Positions 10,074 to 20,155 of a DNA stretch of 64,000 bases are shown here, piece after piece (positions within the stretch are counted from its first letter, which is position 1; each line of letters begins with the position of its first letter). A model generated the notes under the pieces. That model was not told the origin of the DNA. It saw only the letters and a program-made list of their open reading frames with translations, and searched no databases. The position numbers were made by a program, and so were the translations under genes. This DNA comes from Sphingomonas sp. (GTDB lineage: Bacteria; Pseudomonadota; Alphaproteobacteria; Sphingomonadales; Sphingomonadaceae): assembly GCF_023266535.1 (NCBI RefSeq), contig NZ_JAHFPY010000002.1:10217-74216 (forward strand). The letters run 5' to 3'.

Positions 10074-10109
10074 AGGCCTCGCCGGTTGCCGGCGGGGCCT
10101 GAGCTTTTT
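10074..10109 (+). terminator. rho-independent terminator
   Basis: Hairpin AGGCCTCGCCGG-TTG-CCGGCGGGGCCT with one mismatch, followed by the T5 run at 10105-10109. Confidence 0.6.
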
Positions 10110-10131
10110 CTTGCCAGGAGCAAACCGCTCG

Positions 10132-10878
10132 ATGCACAGCTGCAACCCGGATATTGGCGTGAGCACGGGCCCCCATCTGCTCCTGGTCGAGGACGAGCGG
10201 TCAATCAGGGACCCGCTGGCCCGGCTGCTTGCCAAAGAGAATTTCCGCGTGACCGCGGTCGAGAATGCGGCAAGCGCCCGCCAGAAGCTGAATGACGGGG
10301 CATTTGACCTAGCGATCGTCGACATCATGATGCCAGGCGAGGATGGTCTTAGCCTGACGCGGTTCATCCGTGCCCAAAGCGCCCTGCCCGTCATCCTGCT
10401 GACCGCCCGGACCGAGGATATCGATCGCATTGTCGGGCTGGAAATCGGCGCCGATGATTATCTCGGCAAGCCGTTCAATCCCCGCGAACTGACCGCCCGG
10501 ATTCGCGCTGTGCTGCGGCGAGCCAACTCTCGTCAGGGCCAAGCCGCGGTGGAGGAACAGACCCGCAGCTATCGCTTCGGTGAGTTCATCCTCGACGGAC
10601 CACGCCGTCAGCTGCGGCGTGGAGACGAGGCCACCAAGCTGACCGAGGGCGAGTTTCGCCTGCTTGAGGCCATGTTGTCGCGGCCGGGAAGGGTGCTTAC
10701 TCGCGACCAGCTGCTCGACCTGACCCGCCATCGCAGCCAGAAGCCGTTTGACCGGTCGATCGACAATATGGTGCTTCGCCTGCGCAAGCGGATCGAACGT
10801 GATCCGTCTTCTCCCGAATTGATCCAGACCGTTTACGGGGCCGGCTATGTATTCACCGGAGCGGTGGACCGCGTGTGA
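10132..10878 (+). CDS. OmpR/PhoB family response regulator
   Basis: REC domain (LLLVEDE, DLAIVDIMMPGEDG, KPF) plus a winged-helix output domain (YRFGEFILD ... GAGYVF). The start is ambiguous: ATG 10132, GTG 10159, or the upstream ORF start at 10111. Confidence 0.9.
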   Translation: MHSCNPDIGVSTGPHLLLVEDERSIRDPLARLLAKENFRVTAVENAASARQKLNDGAFDLAIVDIMMPGEDGLSLTRFIRAQSALPVILLTARTEDIDRIVGLEIGADDYLGKPFNPRELTARIRAVLRRANSRQGQAAVEEQTRSYRFGEFILDGPRRQLRRGDEATKLTEGEFRLLEAMLSRPGRVLTRDQLLDLTRHRSQKPFDRSIDNMVLRLRKRIERDPSSPELIQTVYGAGYVFTGAVDRV

Positions 10879-12200
10879 AACGCCTGACGCTTTTCGCGCA
10901 GATGGCGCTGCTGCTCGCCCTCTGCCTTGCCGTTGCCTTGGCAATCAACTTCGCGACCCTGCTCGAGACCCGCCGCAACCAGGGCCTTGACGTCGCCATT
11001 GCCCCGGCGGCCCAGAAGCTTGCTGACGCCGTCGCGGAACAAACCGGGCAACCGATCGCGCGTCCCGCCAGCGCGTCTCGCCACACGCCGTCAGAGGTCA
11101 CGCTGCGATCGCCCGCCCACCCCAAGGCAACGCGCCTGCACAGCGCCGAACCCAAGGTCGGCCAGATCCTGCACCAGAATCGCTTGAACCCCACCGAGGT
11201 TCGCGCCTTCAACACCGGCGAAACCTGGCGCGGAGAAGGCTTGCTGCACCTTGCCGCCAAGCTGGATGACGGCCGCCGGATCAGTGTTCGCGCTCCCGGG
11301 CCGCCCGCGCTTGGCCCGATGATTGGCTGGCTGCTGCTGCAAATGCTGCTGCTGTTCGCGGTGATCGTCGTGCCCGCATTGCTGTTGCTTCACCGGTCAA
11401 GCCGCGCCCTCGCCCGGCTGACCGAGGCGGCACATGGCCCAGTCGGCGGCGCCGGCCAGGCGTCGCTTCCGGTCGATGGCCCCCGTGACATCCGGCGACT
11501 GACCGAAAGCTTCAACGCCATGCGGGGCCGGATCTCGGCGATGATCGAAGATCGCAACATCATGCTTGGCGCGGTGGGCCATGACCTTCGCACGCCGCTC
11601 ACCGCGCTTCGCCTCGAAGCGGAAGGTGTGGCCGACGGGGCGACGCGTGACACGCTGGTCGCCCACATCGAGGCCATTGCCGCGCAGCTCGACGAGATCA
11701 TCGGCCTGGCCCGCTACGGCCAGCCGATCGCCAATCCCAAACCCGTCGACCTGGGAGCGGTCGCTGAACGGCTGCTTGGCGGCCGCCAGGCCGGAGGCGC
11801 GAAGGTCAGCCTGAAAATCGAAGATCGACCCATTTGCCTGGGCGACGAGACCGCGATCAGCGGAATGCTACAGAATCTGGTCGATAATGCGCTTCGCTAT
11901 GGCCACCGGGCGGATGTCGTCGTCGCGCAAGACGAGGCGGCGGCAATCCTGCTGGTCCGCGACGAGGGGCCGGGCATTCCCGCGGACAGCATGGCCGACG
12001 CGGTGCGCCCGTTTGGCCGGCTGGAGCCGTCGCGCAATCCCGGCATGGGCGGACATGGACTGGGGCTGGCCATCGTCGACCAGGTGGTCCGCAGCCATGG
12101 CGGAGCGTGGAGCTTGGCGAACATCACCGAGGGAGGGCTGGAGGTCAGGGTCGCGTTGCCCCTTGCTCCGGCGACAGCGACGTCTACATTACGCACATGA
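10875..12200 (+). CDS. sensor histidine kinase (HAMP-HisKA-HATPase)
   Basis: GTG start overlaps the regulator stop (GTGA). Contains two TM segments, an H-box GAVGHDLRTPLT, an N-box LVDNALRYG, and G-boxes DEGPGIP and GLGLAIV. Confidence 0.9.
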   Translation: MKRLTLFAQMALLLALCLAVALAINFATLLETRRNQGLDVAIAPAAQKLADAVAEQTGQPIARPASASRHTPSEVTLRSPAHPKATRLHSAEPKVGQILHQNRLNPTEVRAFNTGETWRGEGLLHLAAKLDDGRRISVRAPGPPALGPMIGWLLLQMLLLFAVIVVPALLLLHRSSRALARLTEAAHGPVGGAGQASLPVDGPRDIRRLTESFNAMRGRISAMIEDRNIMLGAVGHDLRTPLTALRLEAEGVADGATRDTLVAHIEAIAAQLDEIIGLARYGQPIANPKPVDLGAVAERLLGGRQAGGAKVSLKIEDRPICLGDETAISGMLQNLVDNALRYGHRADVVVAQDEAAAILLVRDEGPGIPADSMADAVRPFGRLEPSRNPGMGGHGLGLAIVDQVVRSHGGAWSLANITEGGLEVRVALPLAPATATSTLRT

Positions 12201-12556
12201 ATTCGATCCCGCCCGTCTCGCGTATCAGCGACCTTCCCCTTGCCCGCTACGGCATCGGCGACATGGTTCGCCATCGCCTGCTCGATTTCCGCGGGGTGAT
12301 TTTCGACGTCGATCCGGAATTCGCCAACAGCGACGAATGGTATGAAGCCATTCCCGAGGCGATGCGCCCGGCCAAGGACCAGCCCTTCTATCACCTGCTC
12401 GCCGAGAACGCCGAGAGCAGCTACGTCGCCTATGTCAGCCAGCAGAACCTCGTTCCGGATGATGAAGGCGATCCGATCGACCACCCGGCCATCGGGACAC
12501 TGTTCGAAGGGTTCGACGGGACCAGCTACAAGCTGAAGCCCGAACACCGCCACTGA
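12197..12556 (+). CDS. hspQ: heat shock protein HspQ / hemimethylated DNA-binding (YccV) domain protein
   Basis: ARYGIGDMVRHRLLDFRGVIFDVDP ... PFYHLLAEN ... YVSQQNL matches the E. coli HspQ pattern. The ATG at 12197 overlaps the kinase stop (ATGA). Confidence 0.8.
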   Translation: MNSIPPVSRISDLPLARYGIGDMVRHRLLDFRGVIFDVDPEFANSDEWYEAIPEAMRPAKDQPFYHLLAENAESSYVAYVSQQNLVPDDEGDPIDHPAIGTLFEGFDGTSYKLKPEHRH

Positions 12557-12694
12557 GCCGCCGAGCGCAGCGAAGCGATTGCATTGCAATCGTTGGCAGC
12601 GTGGAGAGATGGCGAAGGCCGGCCCGCCCGCGAAGCCGCGACTGACGTCACGAATTTACTTCGTGACGGCCCCTCCGCCAGCTTCGCTGGTCCC

Positions 12695-12718
12695 CCTCCC
12701 CGAGCAAGCTCAGGGAGG
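12695..12718. repeat. CCTCCCCGAGC-AA-GCTCAGGGAGG hairpin (palindrome family member)
   Basis: 11-bp inverted repeat with one mismatch, in the hspQ-rplU intergenic region. Confidence 0.5.
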
Positions 12719-12833
12719 ATATGGCGGTTGACAGAATCACTACCACCCCATAGGCGGCACGCTTTCCCGCGCGGGGCATCGCCACGCGGTGTTTGTTTGC
12801 GCGGTCAATGAGTGACGGAAAGTGAAGAGGCCC

Positions 12834-13298
12834 ATGTTCGCAATCGTGCGCACGGGTGGCAAGCAGTATCGCGTTGCCCCCGGAGACAAGATCGTCGTCG
12901 AGAAGCTGGCCGGCAATGCCGGTGACAGCGTCGACCTCACCGATGTCCTGCTGGCGGGTGAAGGGTCGGACCTCAAGTCGACCGACGGCCTGATCGTCGG
13001 CGCGGAGATCATCGCCCAGGCGAAATCGGACAAGGTCACGGTGTTCAAGAAGCGCCGCCGGCACAATTATCGTCGCAAGGCCGGGCATCGCCAGCAGCTG
13101 ACGATCCTCAAGATCGTCTCGATCGGCGGCAAGAAGGCCGAGAAGAAGGCCGCCGCGCCGAAGGCCGAGGCTGCTGCACCTGCGAAGGCCGAAAAGCCCG
13201 CCGCCGAGAAAAAGGCGGCTCCCAAAGCGTCGACAAAGGATGCTGCACCTGCTAAGGCGGCAGCCAAGAAGGCCCCTGCGGCCAAGGCTAAGAAGTAA
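12834..13298 (+). CDS. rplU: 50S ribosomal protein L21 with Ala/Lys-rich C-terminal extension
   Basis: [25 protein letters not shown] is the canonical L21 N-terminus, followed by an [12 protein letters not shown]-type tail. Confidence 0.95.
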   Translation: MFAIVRTGGKQYRVAPGDKIVVEKLAGNAGDSVDLTDVLLAGEGSDLKSTDGLIVGAEIIAQAKSDKVTVFKKRRRHNYRRKAGHRQQLTILKIVSIGGKKAEKKAAAPKAEAAAPAKAEKPAAEKKAAPKASTKDAAPAKAAAKKAPAAKAKK

Positions 13299-13310
13299 GA
13301 GTAGCACGAG

Positions 13311-13583
13311 ATGGCACATAAGAAAGCAGGCGGCTCGTCGCGCAACGGCCGCGATTCACAAGCCAAGCGCCTCGGCGTGAAGAAGTTCGGCAGCGAAGAG
13401 GTTCGCGCCGGAAACATCATCGTCCGTCAGCGCGGCACCAAGTGGTACCCGGGCGACAACGTCGGCCTGGGCAAAGACCATACGCTTTTTGCGCTCACCG
13501 ACGGTCGCGTGTGTTTCCGCGATGGCAAGCTTGGTCGCAAATACGTCCACGTCGAAGCCATTATGCCGGAGGCAGCTGAATAG
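13311..13583 (+). CDS. rpmA: 50S ribosomal protein L27
   Basis: [27 protein letters not shown] is the canonical L27 N-terminus. Confidence 0.97.
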   Translation: MAHKKAGGSSRNGRDSQAKRLGVKKFGSEEVRAGNIIVRQRGTKWYPGDNVGLGKDHTLFALTDGRVCFRDGKLGRKYVHVEAIMPEAAE

Positions 13584-13649
13584 GCGGGATCGGTCGATAA
13601 AGGGCCGCTCCCGGAGGGGGCAGCCCAAAGAGACCCAAAAGGTTTCAAA

Positions 13650-13685
13650 GGGAGAAGAGGGAAGCCCCCTCCTCTCCCTTTTTTC
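13650..13685 (+). terminator. rho-independent terminator after rpmA
   Basis: Stem GGGAGAAGAGGG/CCCTCCTCTCCC pairs 11 of 12 positions. Loop is AAGCC and a T6 run follows. Confidence 0.7.
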
Positions 13686-13747
13686 ATTTTCTTCTCCCGA
13701 AACTGCAACAGAGCGGCCCTAGCGGGCAGCTTGAGAGGAGAAGGAAG

Positions 13748-14302
13748 TTGAGCATGTTCGCGCGTACCGAACGATTGCTGCTGAGACCGGGCTGGGCCGA
13801 GGACGCCCCCGCGCTGGCGCGCGCCATTGCCGACGAGCAAGTGGTACGCAACCTGGCGACGGCGCCCTGGCCGTTCGCGCTCGAGGACGCGGAAGCGTTT
13901 CTCGCCGCGCCGCGCGATCCGGCGATGCCAAGCTTCCTGATCACGGAGCGGCAGGCCGACGGGCCGCCGACGATCGTCGGCGCCTGCGGGCTCGGCCGGC
14001 GGCCATCGGGCGCGGTCGAGCTTGGCTATTGGATCGGCCGGACGCACTGGGGCAAGGGGTTCGCCACCGAGGCCAGCCGAGCGCTGATCGACATCGCCAA
14101 GGCGTTAAAGCTGCCACGGCTCGAGGCTTCGCACTTTCTCGACAATCCGGCGTCAGGCCGGGTGCTGGAGAAGCTGGGGTTCAGGCCGACGGGCCTCAGC
14201 GCTGAGCGTTACAGCTGCGCGCGCGGCGGCGAAGCGATGGCCCGGCTGTACCGGCTGTCGCTGATGGGCCGTGGAGAATTGGAGACGCCGTTGGCGGCCT
14301 AG
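13748..14302 (+). CDS. GNAT family N-acetyltransferase (RimJ/RimL-like)
   Basis: 184 aa. RLLLRPGWAEDAPAL ... LGYWIGRTHWGKGFATEA ... matches the acetyl-CoA binding region of a GNAT fold. Confidence 0.85.
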   Translation: MSMFARTERLLLRPGWAEDAPALARAIADEQVVRNLATAPWPFALEDAEAFLAAPRDPAMPSFLITERQADGPPTIVGACGLGRRPSGAVELGYWIGRTHWGKGFATEASRALIDIAKALKLPRLEASHFLDNPASGRVLEKLGFRPTGLSAERYSCARGGEAMARLYRLSLMGRGELETPLAA

Positions 14303-15168
14303 GCCGCCCGGCGTACCTTCCTCGTGCTTTCGGTGCCGAGGGCGGCCTCCGCCTCATAGCGCTTGATGAGGTGGCGGTCGTCCTCGTTCCACGGGTGGAA
14401 GCCGGGCAGGAAATATGCTGCCCAGGCGCGGAAGATCTTCCGCATCATGCCCGGCCGGACCCACATGAAACGAAGTAGGCCCAACCAGGCCTTGGGCCCG
14501 GTGATGCCGTCCTGGCGGAGTAGCTCGATCCCACCAAGCGTTCGGTCGAGCGTGAAGTTGCGGGTGGCGATTAGCATGATCTGCGCCTTGACCTTCCACC
14601 GCTTGAACCGGGGCCAATGGCGCGTGGCATGGAGCCAGGTGTCGTAGGCGACGCCCTTATGCTCGATTTCCTCGATCGCGTGCCAGCGCCACATCGCCTG
14701 GGCTTCGGGCTCGGCGGCGGCGAGGTGGCGCGGATCGGCCAGCAGCTCATGGGCAAAGATGGCGGTGAAGTGCTCAAGCGCCATGGTCGAGGCCAGCGAG
14801 GCGATCGGCGGTTTGGAGCGGATGAAGTCGAGCCGCATCTGCAGCCGATCCTCGAGCGGCTTCAAATCATAGCCTGCGTCGACAGCCGCCTTGTTGAACG
14901 CATCATGCTCGCGGCTGTGGATCGCTTCCTGGGTGGTGAAGCCCTTGATTTCCTCGGCCAGTTTGGCGGGCGCGCCATGGCGATGGTTGCGCACCGCCTC
15001 GACGAAGAAGGCCTCGCCCTTGGGGAAGGTCGATGACAGCGCGTTGTAGAAGGCGGTCGCGAACGGATCGCCGCCATGCCACCAGTGCGCCGGCTTGACC
15101 TCGCGCGCGAAGCGGCGGTCGCGTGGGGTGATGCTGAGATCGACCGGGGTCACACTTGCGGCATTCAT
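14299..15168 (-). CDS. metal-dependent hydrolase family protein (conserved, function unknown)
   Basis: Start MNAASVTPVDL at 15166-15168. Histidine-rich helical pattern (HSREH, ALEHF, IEEIEHKG) typical of the predicted metal-dependent hydrolase family. Divergent from a TetR gene. Confidence 0.7.
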   Translation of the reverse strand: MNAASVTPVDLSITPRDRRFAREVKPAHWWHGGDPFATAFYNALSSTFPKGEAFFVEAVRNHRHGAPAKLAEEIKGFTTQEAIHSREHDAFNKAAVDAGYDLKPLEDRLQMRLDFIRSKPPIASLASTMALEHFTAIFAHELLADPRHLAAAEPEAQAMWRWHAIEEIEHKGVAYDTWLHATRHWPRFKRWKVKAQIMLIATRNFTLDRTLGGIELLRQDGITGPKAWLGLLRFMWVRPGMMRKIFRAWAAYFLPGFHPWNEDDRHLIKRYEAEAALGTESTRKVRRAA

Positions 15169-15210
15169 GATTACACTCCAAGCACCATGCGAAGCTTCAT
15201 ATGAAATAAC

Positions 15211-15224
15211 TGACATAAATGTCA
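15211..15224. promoter_or_regulatory. candidate TetR operator (TGACA-N4-TGTCA)
   Basis: Perfect inverted repeat in the 50-bp divergent intergenic region, overlapping the TetR start codon. A second palindrome TTCATATGAA lies at 15196-15205. Confidence 0.3.
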
Positions 15225-15803
15225 ATAGCATTACAGACCCGTAAGAGATTGTCGCCCGAACAAAGCCGGGCGGCGGCGGTCGCGGCGGCCCGCCAGCTAC
15301 TGCGCGACGAAGGCGTGGCGGCGGTGACCTTGAAGTCGGTCGCGGCCAAAGTCGGCCGGACCCACGCCAATCTGCTCCATCACTTCGGCAGCGTTGCCGG
15401 GCTGCACCGGGCCCTGGCCGAGGACATCGCCCACACAGTCTCGGCGTCGATCACCGATGCGATCGGCAAGCGGCGACGCGGTGAGGCCAGCGCCCGCGAC
15501 GTGGTCGACGCCATGTTCGACGCGTTCGATGCCGAGCGGGTAGGTGAGCTAATCGGCTGGATTGCCCTCACCCGCCAGCGCGAAGCACTGGAGCCGGTGA
15601 TCGAGACGATCCGCACCATCGTCGAGGATTTCCGCAGCGCCGGCGACCCGCGGCCGATGGACCGGGTGACGCTGGGACTGGTATTGATGGCGATCGGCGA
15701 CAGCCTGGCCGGGGAAGAAGTCGCCGGCGCCAGCGGTCTTGGCCGCGAAGCCGTACGCGAGGATGCGGTCGGGCTGATCAAGGGGATCGCCGGCGAAGGT
15801 TAG
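15219..15803 (+). CDS. TetR/AcrR family transcriptional regulator
   Basis: N-terminal HTH (AVTLKSVAAKVGRTHANLLHHFGS) and a helical C-terminal ligand domain. Confidence 0.85.
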   Translation: MSIALQTRKRLSPEQSRAAAVAAARQLLRDEGVAAVTLKSVAAKVGRTHANLLHHFGSVAGLHRALAEDIAHTVSASITDAIGKRRRGEASARDVVDAMFDAFDAERVGELIGWIALTRQREALEPVIETIRTIVEDFRSAGDPRPMDRVTLGLVLMAIGDSLAGEEVAGASGLGREAVREDAVGLIKGIAGEG

Positions 15804-15815
15804 GGGAGACGGGCG

Positions 15816-16154
15816 ATGATCAGCGGGGCGCATGTGATGATTTTCACACGTGACGAGGACGCGGATCGCGCTTTCTTACGCGACGTGGTCGGCATTCCCT
15901 GCATCGACCCCGGCGGCGGCTGGCTGATCTACAAGCTGCCGCCAACCGAGATGGGCGTCCATGGCGGTGAGCAAAACGATGTCCACCAGCTCTATTTCAT
16001 GTGCGACGATCTTGATGCGGAAATGGCCAGGCTGGCCGATTTGGGCGCGAAATGCTCGGAGCCGTTCAGGGCCAGCTGGGGCCGGGCGACCAGCATCCCG
16101 CTCCCCGGTGGAGGCAAGTTCGGACTCTACGAGCCACGACACGCTAGGCCCTGA
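15816..16154 (+). CDS. VOC (glyoxalase/bleomycin-resistance fold) family protein
   Basis: 112 aa. The pattern AHVMIFTRDEDADRAFLRDVVG ... VHQLYFMCDDLDAEMARL ... GGKFGLYEP matches a single VOC module. Confidence 0.7.
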   Translation: MISGAHVMIFTRDEDADRAFLRDVVGIPCIDPGGGWLIYKLPPTEMGVHGGEQNDVHQLYFMCDDLDAEMARLADLGAKCSEPFRASWGRATSIPLPGGGKFGLYEPRHARP

Positions 16155-18135
<1,981 letters not shown>

Positions 18136-18139
<4 letters not shown>

Positions 18140-18690
18140 CGGGTCAGCAGTTGATAGATGACGGCGCCGGCGGTCAGCACCATGCCGAGCAGGAATAGGG
18201 TGAAGCTCCAGTAGAGCCAGCTGTATTTGTCGTCCCGCAGGACCTTGCCATGGTCGTACAGATCGGCAGCCAGCCGACGGTAAGTCTCCTCCTCCGACGA
18301 CAACACCCTGACCATTTCCGCGATGTAATCCTCACGACGCGCATTTGCATAGCTGCCGAAGAAGAGGACGTTGATCTTTTCTTGCGGGATCGGGACCTTG
18401 CTCGCGCGCATCCGATTTGGCCGGATGGTCAAAACTCCGAACACTGTCGCGATGAAGGAGAAAACCGTCAGGACCAGCAATGGCACGCTGGCCTTGCCAT
18501 CGGCAATGTCACCGATCGACAAAGAGAAAACAACGAAACTGGCGCCCATCAAGATGGAAGCCTTGTTGTCGGCCATCTCGGACATCGCCAGATTGCCTTC
18601 GTACGCAGCAACAAGGAGGTTGTGGACCTCCTTCGGAAAGACCGGATCGTTCGGGCTTACAAGTTTCGGCTCGCCGCCGCCTTCACTCAT
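18136..18690 (-). CDS. Pycsar-effector-like / DUF5706-like 2-TM membrane protein
   Basis: Contains the motif MADNKASILMGASFVVFSLSI, a second TM helix (LLVLTVFSFIATVFGVLTI), FFGSY and a C-terminal KYSWLYWSFTLFLLGMVL helix. Preferred start is MSEGGG at 18690, with a GGGGA-like SD. In-frame upstream starts exist up to 18786. Many A/T-ending codons compared with neighbouring genes. Confidence 0.6.
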
Positions 18691-18795
18691 TGCCTGTCCC
18701 CTTGCCTGGCTCATTGCCATGCAAGCTCGGAATGCCGCCGGAAGCAAGCCTTTAGAGAATGCCCGCCTTCGGATGAAGGCGGGCACGCTGGGAAT

Positions 18796-19644
18796 CTATT
18801 TCTTGGTCGGGTCGCTGACCACCACATAACTAACCGACGAGCCCTGGTAGCGTTGCTGGTACCAGGTGCCGCCGCAGCTGTAATAGCTGTAGCCGCCATA
18901 GACGTAGGTCGAGCAGCTCGACGGCAGCGAGTAATAAGTCGAGCCGACCGCCACCGCGCTGGTTGTCGCGCCGACCGCGACGCCGGTCGCATAGGCAGCG
19001 CCGCTGCCATAGGGGTAACCCGTCCAACCGCCATTTTCGACATTCACATCGACATTGTTGCCGGCGACGACGTTGCCGGTATTGACGTTACCGCTGCCGA
19101 CCGTGCCGGTGTTGACGTTGCCATTGTTGACCGCGCCGGTGTTGCCGTTGCCGCTACCAGCGACGCCGGTGTTGCCGTTGGCGGCGACGCCGGTGTTGCC
19201 CGACTTGTTCTGGACATTGGCGCGGTTGGCGCTGTTGCCATTGCCGTTGGCTGCGATGCCGGTGTTGCCGTTGGCTGCGATGCCGGTGTTGCCGTTGGCG
19301 GAGCGATTGCCCTGGCCGAGCTGGCCGGAGCCATTTGGACGCTGGCCAGTTCCGCTTGGCCGCTGGCCGGTTCCGCTGGGCCGCTGCAAGCTTCCCTGCG
19401 GGCGCTGGAAGCCGCCGCCGCCACGCAAGCCACCGAAGCTACCGCCGCCGCCGCGGGCCGCTCCGGCGCCGCCTCCGCCACCAAATCCGCCGCCACCGCC
19501 GGGCCGCGCGTCGACTTCCTGGGCCGCGAGGGCCAGCAGGCCGGCGACAGCGCCAAACAAGGCGAAGCGCCGCAGCAGCGCGCGGGCGGTCGATTGGTCG
19601 CCGCGCGCAGGCTCATTCAGTCCGATCGTCATGTCATTCCTCAT
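18796..19644 (-). CDS. secreted Gly/Asn-rich tandem-repeat protein with Tyr/Cys-rich C-terminal module
   Basis: Start MRNDMTIGL. RRFALFGAVAGLLALAA is a signal peptide, possibly Tat-like. Then poly-Gly, QRPSGTG repeats, GNTG(I/V)AAN repeats, and C-terminal YYSLPSSCSTYVYGGYSYYSCGGTWYQQRYQGSSVSYVVV. Confidence 0.7.
   Translation of the reverse strand: MRNDMTIGLNEPARGDQSTARALLRRFALFGAVAGLLALAAQEVDARPGGGGGFGGGGGAGAARGGGGSFGGLRGGGGFQRPQGSLQRPSGTGQRPSGTGQRPNGSGQLGQGNRSANGNTGIAANGNTGIAANGNGNSANRANVQNKSGNTGVAANGNTGVAGSGNGNTGAVNNGNVNTGTVGSGNVNTGNVVAGNNVDVNVENGGWTGYPYGSGAAYATGVAVGATTSAVAVGSTYYSLPSSCSTYVYGGYSYYSCGGTWYQQRYQGSSVSYVVVSDPTKK
19243..19300. repeat. 24-bp tandem repeat (about 2.4 copies) inside the Gly/Asn-rich gene
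   Basis: gccgttggctgcgatgccggtgtt occurs exactly at 19243-19266 and 19267-19290, with a partial third copy. A related 24-bp pair lies at 19161-19200. Confidence 0.8.
19340..19402. repeat. 21-bp degenerate tandem repeat (3 copies, encodes QRPSGTG)
   Basis: cgctggccagttccgcttggc, then cgctggccggttccgctgggc, then a more diverged third unit. Confidence 0.7.
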
Positions 19645-19786
19645 CGTCAGGTTGAAACCGTTACGCAGATTGGCCGCGCAAGCGCGCAACGGGGCGCGAG
19701 CCCCTTCATTTGTCCGTATTTTCCGGCAACGCCGATGCAGCCCCGCCCAGCGCCGCGTCGGCATTACCCCGCCGAACCGCGAATCG

Positions 19787-19816
19787 TTGAACTGTACCGT
19801 CCGGTTTAGTTATAAT
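19787..19816 (+). promoter_or_regulatory. candidate sigma70-type promoter for acp-spt
   Basis: TTGAAC (19787-19792), an 18-nt spacer, then TATAAT (19811-19816). About 90 nt upstream of the ACP start. Confidence 0.45.
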
Positions 19817-19908
19817 TCCCAGAAGCGTCAAGCCCCTTGCCTCCCGGCTTCGCCCTCTTTGCGCCCGATTTCGTTGCGAAAGCCCGTGGCGCCAACTAGG
19901 ACGCGAGC

Positions 19909-20154
19909 ATGACCGACCGAGCCGAGACCGACGCCAGGGTGAAATCCCTGATCGAACCGTTCAACAAGAAAGGGATCGAGGTCACCGACGCGACCCGGTT
20001 CGCCCAGGACCTGGAGTGGGACAGCCTGACCGTGCTCGACTTCGTCGCCAACGTCGAAGACGAGTTCGACATCCTCATCACCATGAACCAGCAGGCCGAG
20101 ATCGAGACCGTCGCCCAGCTGGTCGATGCCGTCGGCAAGCTGAAGGCCGCCTGA
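19909..20154 (+). CDS. acyl carrier protein (sphingolipid-associated type)
   Basis: 81 aa with the LEWDSLTVLDFV phosphopantetheine-attachment (DSL) motif. Lies 1 nt upstream of spt. Confidence 0.9.
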   Translation: MTDRAETDARVKSLIEPFNKKGIEVTDATRFAQDLEWDSLTVLDFVANVEDEFDILITMNQQAEIETVAQLVDAVGKLKAA

Positions 20155-20155
20155 G

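Noticed and set aside
12728-12756. Possible rplU promoter (perfect TTGACA at 12728-12733)
   Set aside because: No acceptable -10 hexamer lies at 16-18 nt spacing (only ATAGGC or TAGGCG). It is too weak to call from sequence alone.
19040-19410. Short tandem repeats considered as a possible CRISPR array
   Set aside because: The units are 21-24 bp, contiguous with no spacers, in frame within a coding sequence, and encode peptide repeats. No cas genes are present.
18250-19809. 519-aa plus-strand ORF, plus other alternative frames over the repeat gene (19055-19912 on the plus strand; 19044-19616 on the minus strand)
   Set aside because: These are alternative frames of the Gly/Asn-repeat gene region. 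Only the minus-strand frame at 18796-19644 has a signal peptide, a coherent repeat structure and a structured C-terminus.
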